This document shows positions 1-11,499 of a stretch of DNA of 64,000 nucleotides, one piece after another. A model generated the notes under the pieces. The model saw only the letters and a program-made list of their open reading frames with translations, had not been told where the DNA came from and searched no databases. The stretch's first letter is position 1; the number at the start of each line of letters is the position of its first letter. Made by a program: the position numbers and the translations under genes. Origin of the DNA: Amphiscolops sp. MND2022 (taxonomy: Eukaryota); NCBI GenBank assembly GCA_964187785.1, contig OZ076415.1, positions 13,454,001-13,518,000 of the forward strand, written 5' to 3'.

Positions 1-299
1 AGCCACCTTGTGTCATAAGTTCTTAAATGACTCCCGAGAGATATTTAGGTATCCTATAGGGGCCAAGGAGTAAAACGTTTGAGTTTAGTTGAAAATTTAA
101 CAAATTTAAAATTGGTATCGATAACAAACGTGTCAATAGGGAGTTGTTTTAAACAAGCAGTTTCAAATGTAGATTATGTGTAGGTTTAATTTGTTGGTTA
201 TATGGCGTTGAACAGTAGAATATTTTTCTAACTTTGCATGTTCAGCTGATATTAGCCATGAAGAGATGTGTTTACCAATGAGAGGAAAGGATTGAGACT

Positions 300-960
300 T
301 GATTACTGTAGTGTGTATGAGGAGGAACTGGATCACGAAATGAGACGATACAAGCTTTGGAGGAACTGAGTAAAACGTTAGGGGAAAAGGTTAGCGGATT
401 ACGAAGAAAACAATTTGGTTTGGAAGAAGTTTGAGTTGCGAAAGAGCAGCAGCGTTACGTGCATAAGCATACATCTGAGTTTGCAATGACCAATTGGAAG
501 GAAGGTTTTGCAAAAAGAGGCGTAGATGAGTTCAAAATAACGGGTTTGAACTTTACTAAACTGTTTGTCCAAAAATACAATGGAGTACGTCTCTGATTGA
601 TTTTAAAGGATGTCTATGGATCCAATGATTGACGAGTGTTTGGATAGCGTATTTTAAAAAAAATTGAGGTGTTGGGTTTGTCACAAAAAATGACTAGCAG
701 CGTCGATGACTACAAAAATAAAAGAATCAATTTGTGAAGTAAGTGAAATAGGTACTTTTGTGTCAATTGAGATCGTGTAACTAAAACAAGTCGCGTTTTT
801 TTAAAAATGGTAATGAAGGAGAAGTTTTTTAAGGAAGTGTTTATTTGTTTGACACTCGCGACTATCTTGAGCAAAGATAGGGAACCATGATGGTTAGTGT
901 GGAATGTAATAAATTTGGTTGAAGGTTTGAAATAGAAATTCATTCACCCTATTGACCATG
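300..960 (-). pseudogene. pol: Integrase remnant of element A
   Basis: ECQTNKH zinc-finger remnant (~850-870) and VVIDAASHF (~690-715). The core after YAIQTLVNHWI appears deleted. Confidence 0.75.
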
Positions 961-1699
961 TGAATACGTTTTATCAAAAGCAGCGTAAAAGGTTCTGAAT
1001 GGTAAACAAATGCCAGTTTAAATATTAGATAGTTGAGTTTTGGTGAAAAGTTTTTCAAGAATACGGGAGTTCAGGGTGTAGTATTGGGTTAAGTGTGAAA
1101 TTGGGTCAGTGTATCAATGATGGAAATGTTTTGTAATGTGTGTATAGAAAGGAGTTAGCTTAAATAATTGTGATAAGGGCAAAAATTTTTTGTTTTGTTT
1201 CAATCAAATTTAAACTGTAGAAAGAATAAGGTCATCTTTTTGAGCTCGTCAAAGAATCGGTTTAGCTAAGAATGTAACTCTGGGAAGTACAAAAATTTCA
1301 AGGGTTTTACAATGAACAAAAAAAGGGCCAAAAATGGTAAAAATTGAGTGGAGGTGGCTTTAAAAGGAGTTTGAGTAAAAGCAATTGTTTTAAAAAATGG
1401 TATCACGTCTAGATAAATGAGATTTTGTTAAGTTTGATATTGTTATTTGAGAAAGACCTTTTTGATTTAGTCATGATAGTTTTCGTGTTGAATTTCATAA
1501 TCGTGGTGATTTGTAACACGCGGAGTTTGAGTTTGGGTAAAGCGTTGTTCTGAAATTCTTTTAGGAACCTCTTTTGTTTTCTTTTGAGCATCGTCACCTT
1601 CAACGAGAAGGAATTGAGTGTAAGTAACATTGTAACTTTTATCGTGGATTCGAAGTGAGAATTGATCATCACTATAGTTAATGAGAACTAGCTGGGAAA

Positions 1700-3990
1700 C
1701 ATTTTTCTGAGTAGGTAAAACTTTTCCATGTTTTACCAAGTTGTGAACTTGTTTTGAAAAATTGTTTGAAAATCCAATATGTGGTGGTAAGGTTTTAATC
1801 GTGATGACTGAGCATATTGGTAAAATTTAATTTCGTACCTAAAGAAAGGATAATTTGAAGGTTTGAGAATTTTTTTTAAAAACAATTTAGATCTATTTGA
1901 TTCGATGTAGGATTTCTTTTGCGTGTGAAAGGACATAACGTGGGGTCATGATCAGTAGAAGTGTTCATTGTAAATTTTGATCCAATCAATGATAAGATGA
2001 TCATGTGAGGTGAGTGCAAAAGGTATAGCAATCGTAGGCAGAACATTTCTGTTTTCGAGTTGTTAAAGTACGAGAGTTAAGTGGAGAGAGATAAGTTAGT
2101 TTTAGCATATCAGTATTAAAAATAGGCAGAAAGATTTTTGCACCTAAACCAAGTAGGGAAGGAACAACAGTGATGTGAAAGGGGTGAGAGGTAAGGAATA
2201 CAAGGTTTAGAATGGTTTGTGAGAGAAGTTTCAATTTCTTTAGGGAGTTTTTCTAATTCAGTAGTCCATTCGAAAAAAATGTCATCCTGGAGAAGAGAAT
2301 AAAATGGTTTAGGTGAAATGTGAAGTTTGTTTATAAATGTGGAGTAGAAGTTCATTGAACGAAAGAATCGCAACAGTTCCGTTTTAGAAGTAGGAGCTTT
2401 TAACTTATATCCACCATCAAATTTGGAAGAGACAGGTTCAATGGTTCCATTTTAAATTCCGTATCTACGAAATTCACCAGTGAGAACTATGAAATCTTTT
2501 TTCCGCAGCATTTTTGAGGTTATTAGAACTAGAGCCTTAGTAAATGTGTTCAATGAGCTCAAACATCTGAGATTTAGTGTGGGCTAAGAGGAAGATAGCT
2601 TCAAAAAAACGAGTGCAAAACTCTAATCAATACGTGTTTGAAACATCGAATACATTTGTATTGTGAAAAAACTTTGAAGCCCTTTGAGACCATAAAAACC
2701 TCGGATGAAAGCATAAAGTTTATCTCCGGACGAGACACTTTTGAGAGCAATAATTTCTCCATTGAGAGGCGCATGTACATATGCATACATAAAAGCAATG
2801 GCAATTTTGAATTTTTGTTGGCTCTGGCTAATTGTGGAGCAAGAGGTTCAATACGCCATGATTCAAAAGCTTGGTCAGTGTTAGAGGTTATATGTCTAGC
2901 ACCAAGGACGACTTTAATTGAGCCTCGCTCAGTCAGGGATGTTAAAGAATGGCTTCAAAAAAGTATTTCCCTAACACGAAATATCTGATGAAGCGGAGGT
3001 ACTTTGTCTTTTGTTTTTGTATTGTTCTATCTCATCTAGTAGGTTTGTAAATTTTTCTCTATAGTGGATAGAAACTTTAGTAGGTCCTTCAGTTTGGAGT
3101 TTAGCAATAGGATTGAGGCGTATTCTAAAAGATGTAGCAATGTTATCTGCATCATTACGATGCGTGGCCTAGCAATGTTGATATTTCACTAAAATCGATC
3201 TCAATTGTATTCAATCATCTTCAGTAACATCGAAGTTTTGAAATTCGAATAAAATGAGAAATTGTTGAGTTTCTGGTGATGATGGTAATGAAGGAAGTGG
3301 TCGTTATAATTTGAGAAGGTTAGAATCTCCATTTTAGTTTTTCGTAGCGAGGTACGACGAACAGGAGGTTTGAGTACAGAGAAATTTGGGTAGTATGAAA
3401 GAAATGGAGTAAGAAAATGAGAGTTGACATCATTAGATTTATTTTGTGGAGTTCTAATACTTGTGGAAGTAACTTCGATGTAGCCAATATATCCTGGTAG
3501 AAGAGTTGGAGATTGATATCTTGGATTATAACAGAATAACTATTTGTTTCAGTATTGACCTTTTGGTAGACTTGAAGAAACTTAAAGGTGGGGTTGAAGC
3601 GTGTGTTAAAATATGGGTGGGGAGTTGATGAAAATATGACTTCATTTTTTGAGGTTTTGAATGTTACCGGAAGTGTAAGTTGAATTTGAAAATAAATAGA
3701 TTGAGAAGCGTTTAGTTTATATTATCTTCCATTTTTTTTCTGATCGTATTGATGTCAAACAAATCGGTAATCTTTTTCTTTATTGGCACTAAAAGGAAGA
3801 GTGTTGATTTGAGACTATGTGGTGTGGTATATTTGAAAGATGTACCAAGATTGTTTTATCTGATATCTGCTCCGGAAAATGGGGTTGCTAAAACACGAGC
3901 TAAACCTTTGAGGAAGTGATCGGCTAATAATGTAAATGTGGGTTGATTGAAAACACAAAAAAGTACCACTATCTTACAAATTGAGCGGTT
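1700..3990 (-). pseudogene. pol: Protease-RT-RNaseH remnant of element A
   Basis: DSG protease motif; SFRIRLNPIAKLQT...KVSIHYREK; YAFIRGFYGLKG; YxDD decayed to FFEA; HISPKPFYSLLQDD...WTTELEKL; RH motifs. Colinear with elements B and C. Confidence 0.85.
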
Positions 3991-4249
3991 CAAGTTTAAG
4001 AGGATAAGGGATATCTTCAGGAGGTTTAAAATAAAATAGGTTAACAAATCAAGTGGAAGGAGTGATACCATTAGCATGAGTGTCCTCTGATGCAGAAGGA
4101 AGTACATACGTATGATGTGAAGAGATGATTGGGTGATACATATTGATGTCAAATATAGGTTCAGTAAAAGAAGAAGTAGATTCTTGAGTCGAGTTAATGG
4201 TTGATTTACAGATATTACTTTAGTGAGAATTGGAGTTCCAATGTGATCA

Positions 4250-6900
4250 ACTTCCATAACGATCAGTTCTATAAATGTCCGTGCGTGGTCTGAAGGGTGA
4301 ACGATGTTGTGATTTGTACTGTTTGAAAGATGAGTTATTAAAACTCGAGCAGCCTTCGCGAGAACGTGAATAAGATTTATGAGGATGCTGGATTAGAAAA
4401 TGGTCTCTTCTACGAGAAGATTTAGAATCAAATTCAACAGGATGGGGGTAGAAGATTGAAGTTGATCTCAGCGGGATCATTTGCGATCAGAGTTTGAGGA
4501 ACGGTAACGTGGTTTTTGTTCATCAAAGAAAGGGTGATGTCAATCAGTGGTTCCACGTGAGAGTTCTTGAGGTTTGAGTTTGTTCCAGAGTAAAATTGTC
4601 TGAGCTGTGTCAACCATTTTTACAAGTGAATGGAAATAAATGGAAAGTTCAGAGGAGCTTGAATTGAATTCAACTCGGTGTTTGATACCAAAGTCTTTCA
4701 TTTTTTTTGTCAAAATTCCGTTACAGTTAAGCTTTCTAGTAGATGGGTGTTCATTGTACCAGCCTTGATTAACGTAGGCTTCAACTTTTGTGTGCATAGT
4801 GTCGTACATTTGATAACGTACATTTAGCAAATGAGACTGCGTCAAGTTGTGTATGGAATGCTTGTTCTTGAGGAATAGAATTGTACTTTGGAAATTTGTA
4901 GGAAGAAAGACCTGTCATTCTGGAATACTTTAGGTAAACGATCATACCAATTTGAAACAGTTCCTGTGAGAGAACAAGTAAGGAGGGACATACGTCTTGA
5001 GCGCCATCTTAAATATGATTGGATATTGCGGGTTGAGGTCCAAAGTTACATTAGCACTAAAGTGAATCTAAATTTTGTCAGGTGGGTATGTATGATCCAA
5101 GCATTCGGAAAGGTTATTGGGATCAAAAAAGCAGCAAAAGAAACTCAAGGAATCGTTGGAAATAAATGTTGAGAAAGTTGTATTATATCAGAAGGGATTG
5201 GGCGTGTAGAAGTAGAAGATGGAAGAGGAATGTGAGGTAAAGGAGGCGGGAATGAAGGTTGAGGGTAGTTGTGCAAACCTGGATGGAGAAAAGCATTCGG
5301 ATCGTAAGCAGTAGGACTGAACGGGGGATTTTTTAGGTTTGGACGAGATGGCGGGGGATTGTGAATAGCAGAAAGAGGTGGGTGCGAAAATGGAGCGGAG
5401 AAGTAGATTGAGGTTTGGCAGTGTTGGGTTGATGAGTAAAAAGTGCAATAGTAGAGAGTGGTTGAAAAAAAATTGTTTGCTAGGATTTGTGAAAGTAGGA
5501 GTAGGAGAAGCAGATGGCGTATTTTTTTGTTGTGGAGAATGTGAATGGCAGCTTGAGTAGTTACGAGAGGCGGAAACGTTGGTGGAGGGGTTGGATCTGA
5601 GTTAGGAGGAGGATTACCAATAGTAGGTGCTGAAATAAAAACATTTGTGTCGGACAGTATTGTTTGTAAGTCAACATTAGAGTTCGTAGAGTTACTTTCA
5701 ATTTTTGGAGGTTGAGGATTGTGCTTCTCAAAAGGTCTAACAGGACGTTGGAGATCAAGACTTTTAGTGCAGCTGAGATTATCAAAATTTAGATCAAGAA
5801 AAAGCATCTTGAAATTTAGCATCCGAAATAAGTTGGTATTTATTATTTAAAAAAATTGCGATGGAAACGAAAGTGAATTCCAATTTGTTCTTAAGTTTAA
5901 GTGTTTAAAATAACATTTTCAAATAATTACTTTTGGAAAGGATGGAGTTGAAGAATATCAGAGCGAAGTAAATGACGTGGATGGGTTCTAATAGTTCGAA
6001 GTAGTTACATATTGGGGTTTCAACTAATTTTCTTCTTTTTGAAAGAATGTTTGTATTACAGACGGATTGATGGTATATTGAGGTAGATGGATTTTTTTTC
6101 AGGAAAACTTTAGAGAGGTAGGAAGCAATTGATATGTAAATATAAGTGGGACAAGTTTACTTCCGGAGTGTGTTAGAGGAGTTAAGTGGGATGTGAAGGA
6201 TATTGAAAAAAGGCGTTCATCTGGAGTTTCGATTAAAGAATGAAAGTCTATGTAATATAGATAGGACTCGTGTGTTAAAGTCGATCTAGAAAGATCTTTT
6301 GAGTAGGTTTCAAAAGAAAGAGGAACGGTGGATTTAATAAAAAAAAGTGTTGAGGAATTCGGAAAATTTTGTTCAGTATCACGTGAGAGACGATGATGAG
6401 TGAGTCAAAGGAAAACAGTGAATTAAAAGGGAATTGAAGGGGAATTAAAGGAGGGGAGCGTTCGTCATTAGGAGTGGCGATGAGGGTAAAACTTTGACTA
6501 TATTCTATCTAAGACAAAATCAGGATGGATGAATGGTTCAAAAGGAGGAGGATAACTATGTTTGAGGATATCATGGAGGCGAAATTGACAATGAAAGAGG
6601 AGCTGAGAGTACAAAAAGATGGTGGGAAAGAGTATAAAACTGATACCATTGAAGGTTTGAGTGGGGGAAGATGACAAGCATTAAAAAAGTGAGGTGATGG
6701 TGATAATTATTATGAGGAGTGAAAAAGAAATGGATATGGAAAGTTTAGGTTTAGATGAATAAGTGGGAGTTTAATTTGAACAGAGAAGAGATGGAAGCAA
6801 GAAAGTTAGAGACGAGATTAATATAGGTATGAAGGTTGATGAAAAGGGGATGAAAGTCAAATTATCAATGAAAACAGATGCAACTCTTTTTCAAATGAGG
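4250..6900 (-). pseudogene. gag: gag remnant of element A (N-terminal domain, Pro-rich linker, capsid-like core, Arg/Ser-rich tail)
   Basis: RRMSLLTCSLTGTVSNWYDRLP and VNQGWYNEHPSTRKLNCNGILTK match the gag of element C (SLTGTALSWY, VEKGWCDENASTINLKCNEIFTKG). Pro-rich stretch at 5145-5822. Confidence 0.75.
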
Positions 6901-7193
6901 ATCATGAGCAAAACAAGCACAGCAAAAATATAGGAGACAAAAAAGATGATTGTGGCAAGATTTTTGGTTAAAAATAATTTGAATGAGACAAAAATAAACT
7001 ATCGTGGGATGAAATCTAGCCGCCTTCTAGTTTCAACGACGAGAGCAGAGATCCCAAAAAGGCCCAAATGGTACAATAAAAACAAAAAATACAAACATGA
7101 TTGTCTAAAGAAGGCCTTAAAGGTATAGAAAACAGTAGAGATGAGGATTTGTTTTAGGAATAAACAAAGGAAATGTTGAACTAAATTTTATTT

Positions 7194-7477
7194 GGTTAGT
7201 ACAGAAGACGAAAGTCAACAAAAACGATTAGTACAGAAGGATGGAAATTGTACCGATTAGATGAAAGTCGAATCAAAATTGATTAGTCTAGAGGAATACA
7301 ACTTGTACCGACTACAAGGTCGAACCACTGGTAAAAGATGGTTAGTGCAGAAAAAGAAACATTGTACCAGCAGAGGCGCTGAATCACTGTTGTGATTAGT
7401 ACAGAAATAGTTGTATCGACGAAAGGAATGATGATGTACCGATAGTAATCATCGAACCAAACTGGTTAGTTCAGAAA
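7194..7477 (-). repeat. Leader array of ~55-bp hairpin/UACUAAY units, element A
   Basis: Recurring plus-strand motifs grttagtacagaa, ttgtaccga and gtcgaa(t/c)ca, 5-6 times. Confidence 0.85.
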
Positions 7478-7511
7478 GAAAGAATGAAGGACTGGAAAAG
7501 GAAAAAAATAG

Positions 7512-7526
7512 ATGATGGTCGCACCA
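7512..7526 (-). promoter_or_regulatory. Primer-binding site of element A (TGGTGCGACCATCAT)
   Basis: Starts with TGG a few bases inside the LTR. First 11 nt identical to the PBS of element C. Confidence 0.8.
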
Positions 7527-7529
7527 GTA

Positions 7530-7801
7530 CCTGAGTTTGGTATTGGTTTGATGTTCAATCTTCGAAGTTAGAACTTTAAGAGAAGCTAACAGAGCTGCAG
7601 TATTAGGTCTAGATATAGTGACAACTAGATGGTAATACGTTTAATCCTGTTGTGTTTAGAGTTATAAATCAATAGAGTTTTACAGTGATGAATACAAGTT
7701 AGATACATTTACATTCATTGCAGTGCAGGAAAGTCTAGACAGTTGAACTAGACATGTTAAAGATAGTGAATAATAAATCAATAGACATGTGTATCATTAC
7801 A
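7530..7801 (-). repeat. 5' LTR of element A
   Basis: Begins TGTAATGA on the minus strand. Shares agagctgcagtatta, ctagatat and aagtctaga blocks with the LTRs at 9179 and 26574. Followed by the PBS. Confidence 0.75.
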
Positions 7802-8231
7802 CAACAGCGATGCAATTTGAGGAAATTGCTACGTGACGGATGTATCTCCCAAAAAGAAACTCATGCCAAAAAACAGTAGTTTTGTGGATCGATGCAACCA
7901 GTTGTGCTCTTCTTTCAACTTCTTGACGTTTTGAAGAATCAATGTCTCTTTTTTTTCAGAAAATTGTCATACGGGCTTTCTTCAAAGCGGAGATAAACGT
8001 GAAAACGTTTAACCTGAAAAGTACTTCAGAAATCGAAACTTTTGCGTTGGTCCAATGGACGAGTGATACTACGATCTTCAAACCAAGACCAGAGCAAACT
8101 AAACTCAATAACGCTTTAGCCTTTTACATGGCTTTATCGGGACTACTGCTGTTTGGAATTTGAATTACGTAATTACCCATTTGGGCCATTTGCATCTTTT
8201 ACCCCTCATAAAGAAGCCATATTGTGCTAAC

Positions 8232-8446
8232 CTAGTGTTTTACTGAGCTGAAATTCAGACGCCAGCTTCGTTTGGTTCGATGTTTTGTCCACATACGGCG
8301 GACTCCTGGGTCCCTGCATCAGGTTGCCTCCCCTCTCAGGAGTAGTAAGAGGGTTGAAAATATTTCTGTTCACTTTCGACCTCATTTCCTGACTTCTCGC
8401 TGGTCCAGCACTAGATGAAGATGGCTCTGGCAACTGCTGACGGGGG
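8232..8446 (-). CDS. Candidate host-gene exon (third in window), disordered Ser/Pro-rich peptide
   Basis: Acceptor ttttgttatttacag|, donor CTAG|gttagc, 215 bp stop-free in frame (PRQQLPEPSSSSAGPARSQEMRSK...LSKTL), about 51% GC, phase-compatible with exon 28155-28218. Confidence 0.6.
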
Positions 8447-9178
8447 CTGTAAATAACAAAATTTTACAAACCTAGTTTCACATAGTGAGTAAGAGAGTCG
8501 GTAAGAGAGTCGGAAACGGAATTAAATAGTAAACGTCAAGTTAGGTTTTGATGCCATTGCGCATATAGGACGCTGATACGGTATAGAATGATTGTAAAAA
8601 AATCGTTAGAATCGCATTGGAAGTTTTTTTAAAAATTGAAAAACCCAAAAAGGTTTACAAGCGCTGCTCTTCGTATCCATCGCAGCCAAAAGATCTCGGC
8701 AGCACGATACTATTTTAAAAGCAGCCGCTAACTAGTAATTTAATCGCCGCTTTAAATCGAACCAACTTCATTTTCAGTTTCGTCACTTTTAGAGTGCAAT
8801 GATGACATAAATTGAGTAATGGAGAAACTAAAAATTGGGAAGTTTTGAAACGAAACGATGACGTAGATGAAATATATCCATGTTTTGGTTGTAAATGTTA
8901 CACTGCATTGCAATCATTCAAAGTGATTTCGAATAGTTCACTAAGGATACATTAAAATCTGGCCCTCAGCTGAGTTAGAACCACGCTTTCATGCTTTAAA
9001 AACGCATGCTAACAACTAGGCCGAGTAGTATAAAGTTTCCAGTTGTTACATGGTGCTAGATCTCAATCAATCCCATCCAACATCTTTTATTGACAGCATA
9101 GTACTTGGCTGAGAGTATTGCAATTTAGTTCCAAGCGCTGACCTAATTGACTATCACGTTAAACTTACTATTGATTTT

Positions 9179-9492
9179 TGAAGTACTTGTATGTTGTTGG
9201 GAATGTTATGTTATTTCAGATTAGAGATGTTCAGTACTGTTAAGTACTTCAAGAAGACGCTAGCAGAGCTGCAGTGTTAGATCTAAATAAAGCTCACAAC
9301 TTTCTGGTAGCACGTTTATTTCAGATGTGTTGTGGATATAAATGAAAAGTGCTTCACATTTTTAGATTATGTGATGAATTTTAAAGAGCATATAATTCTT
9401 CAAAGTGCCTACATGCAAGTCTAGATGTTTAGACAATTCAGACAAAAGGTGGGGGATGCATCAAAAGGTATTTCATCAAAGGTATATCAACA
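9179..9492 (-). repeat. Solo/chimeric LTR of the element B family
   Basis: Minus strand TGTTGATATACC...GTACTTCA. Homologous to 26574-26878. No PBS, PPT or matching TSD next to it. Confidence 0.85.
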
Positions 9493-10058
9493 CAAAAATT
9501 TTTCCGCGACTCTTTTATTAATAATCAAGATTGAGGTTACAACACCAATAATTCAGAAAATTTTTGAAAAAAAATGCTAGAAGTTGATAAACAAGAGGAG
9601 TACGTTTAAATACCCATGCGCTCTAAGGCTCATGTCGTCTAATGCTCAAAAAGTGCAAATTCTCGTCGAAATGCTCAGGGCGGTTTTTGTTGACTTTCAG
9701 CGCGGTGTGAAAATATTCCAAAGGGCAACATGTGGCCAACTGAAAGACAGTTTCTGCGAATGTTGGTCGCATACATTCTGTGGTAGTACCACTGAAGAAA
9801 ACTGTGTTAGCCGAACATATTTTCTTACGAAATACGCCAACTAAAAACTATCCCGTTTGACGCTACAAAACACTTGGGAAACCGAAAAGAAATCGGCCAT
9901 GTTGTTGATGAATTTCGTTTGTGAGTTCCCGGGTTTCCCTTCCATACAAAAACAGGTCAATCATACTCTGCCATCATACTCACAGTGTGATTCCAGGCTG
10001 ATCATACTCTGGACCATAAAGGTTTTTGGTTCCAGGCTTACCATACTCTGGACATATA
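9493..10058. repeat. Duplicated copy of the flank of B's 5' LTR (matches 26879-27541)
   Basis: Near-identical sequence (caaaaatttttccgcgactc...ctctggacatat) with two indels. Ends inside the foldback repeat. Confidence 0.9.
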
Positions 10059-11499
10059 TGGTCGTCGCAATGCTAAGGGCGGCTTTTGTTGACTTCATCC
10101 GACCGGGTTTTAAAAAAATATGAGGAAACTCAAAACTTAGAAATGTGTGTTGGAGTTCGGAGAAAGGATGTTCTGGTGTAGTTTTAATTAATAAGAAGAG
10201 ATGGTTTTAAGTTTCTGGGAAGCACAGGAAGGTTTATAATATTTTCTACGAGTAGAGTTTCAACTATATCTCAAGTCATATTTTCGAGTTATAAATATAT
10301 CTTGATATTATCCTTTCTGTACGTGAGACTAGAGCAACATGCAATTTCTAGCTTGAAACAATTCGAGAGAGGTGGGGTTAATAATAATATTCTTTGGGTT
10401 CGAGTCGAATTCGAAATAGTGTAAGGATTTGAATAGGTTTTCTTTTTAGTAATAGAAATCAAAGTTTTAAATTTTTGCATGTTTTTGTGTAATTACATCG
10501 TTTTTGTTGTAGTGAGTTGATCTTTTTACTTCGAGCAGCGTTTGAAATATATTTGACGTTGAAGTACCAGGAACAATTTTCATGTCAACTTAAGCGCTCA
10601 TCTTGACGTCATTTCTGAGAAACTAAATCAGAATTGGTATTGAGGCGCTTCAGTACCAGGTTGGCAGCCTGGTCAAAATTGAAAATTGCGAGATAATTAC
10701 ATTGCGTTCACGGATTGGCTTGTTGTTGATGAGAGTTGAAATCATGTTGGGGAGTCATGGGCGCAAGGGCTTCAATTTTAATGATGATTAGTGCAGGGGA
10801 TGGTGGCGGTTGAGGAAATGATTCTTTTATTTGACAAAGACGGTCGGGAAGATGTAAGCAGATTTTGGGAAAATTAAGATTATTTTATTATGGGGTTATT
10901 TATTTAATAATTATTTAAATAATAATAATTTTTTTATTTCTTATTATTATGGTCTTATTATGGGGGGATTTGAATAGTGAGGGGTTGACAACATATTTGC
11001 GTAAAATGCAAAGATTTAAAGTTAGATAAGCGTGAGGATAGTTACTGATTGATTAGCTATTTGGTTCAAATCAGTTGCAATTGAATTTAATTCAGTGAGT
11101 TGTTTTGAAAACAGTTCGTCTAAATACTGTTCATGTTGCTTGAGAGCGTTGTTATAGTTTTCAAGTTTTTGTTCTTATACTACAGAGTGGACATTTTTTT
11201 CGTTGCAGAGCCTGCTTCACCTGGGGCAAATGAGGGCGTTTCGGGTGACGGGGCATACAATTTTGTAGTTTTGTGGTTAATCCTCTGACAGCGGGGCGCT
11301 GTTGTAGTAAGGAAATAATAGCAACAGCTTTTTTTGTTTTTTTGCAGACAGTGCTTCGGGTGTTTGTGTTTAGGTTTTTTGTGATGAAGTTTTTATGCGA
11401 TAAAGAAAATATCAAGAGGAGTGAATGAAACGAAGCGGTATTGCTTGAAGAAAAACAGCGAAACAAATGGGTTATTGGAGTGTTAAAACGAAGAACTAG

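Larger units (their letters stand above)
1..7801 (-). mobile_element. Degenerate Ty3/gypsy LTR retrotransposon A (5' LTR to integrase; 3' part outside window)
   Basis: Minus-strand order is LTR, PBS, gag, PR (L*DSG at ~3964-3972), RT (GDKLYAFIRGFYGLKG), RH (HPFHITVVPSLLGLGA...NSRTLT), INT (IFVVIDAASHF). Many stops and frameshifts. Confidence 0.92.

Noticed and set aside
2638-2988. 116-aa plus-strand ORF as a gene
   Set aside because: It is the antisense shadow of element A's RT region.
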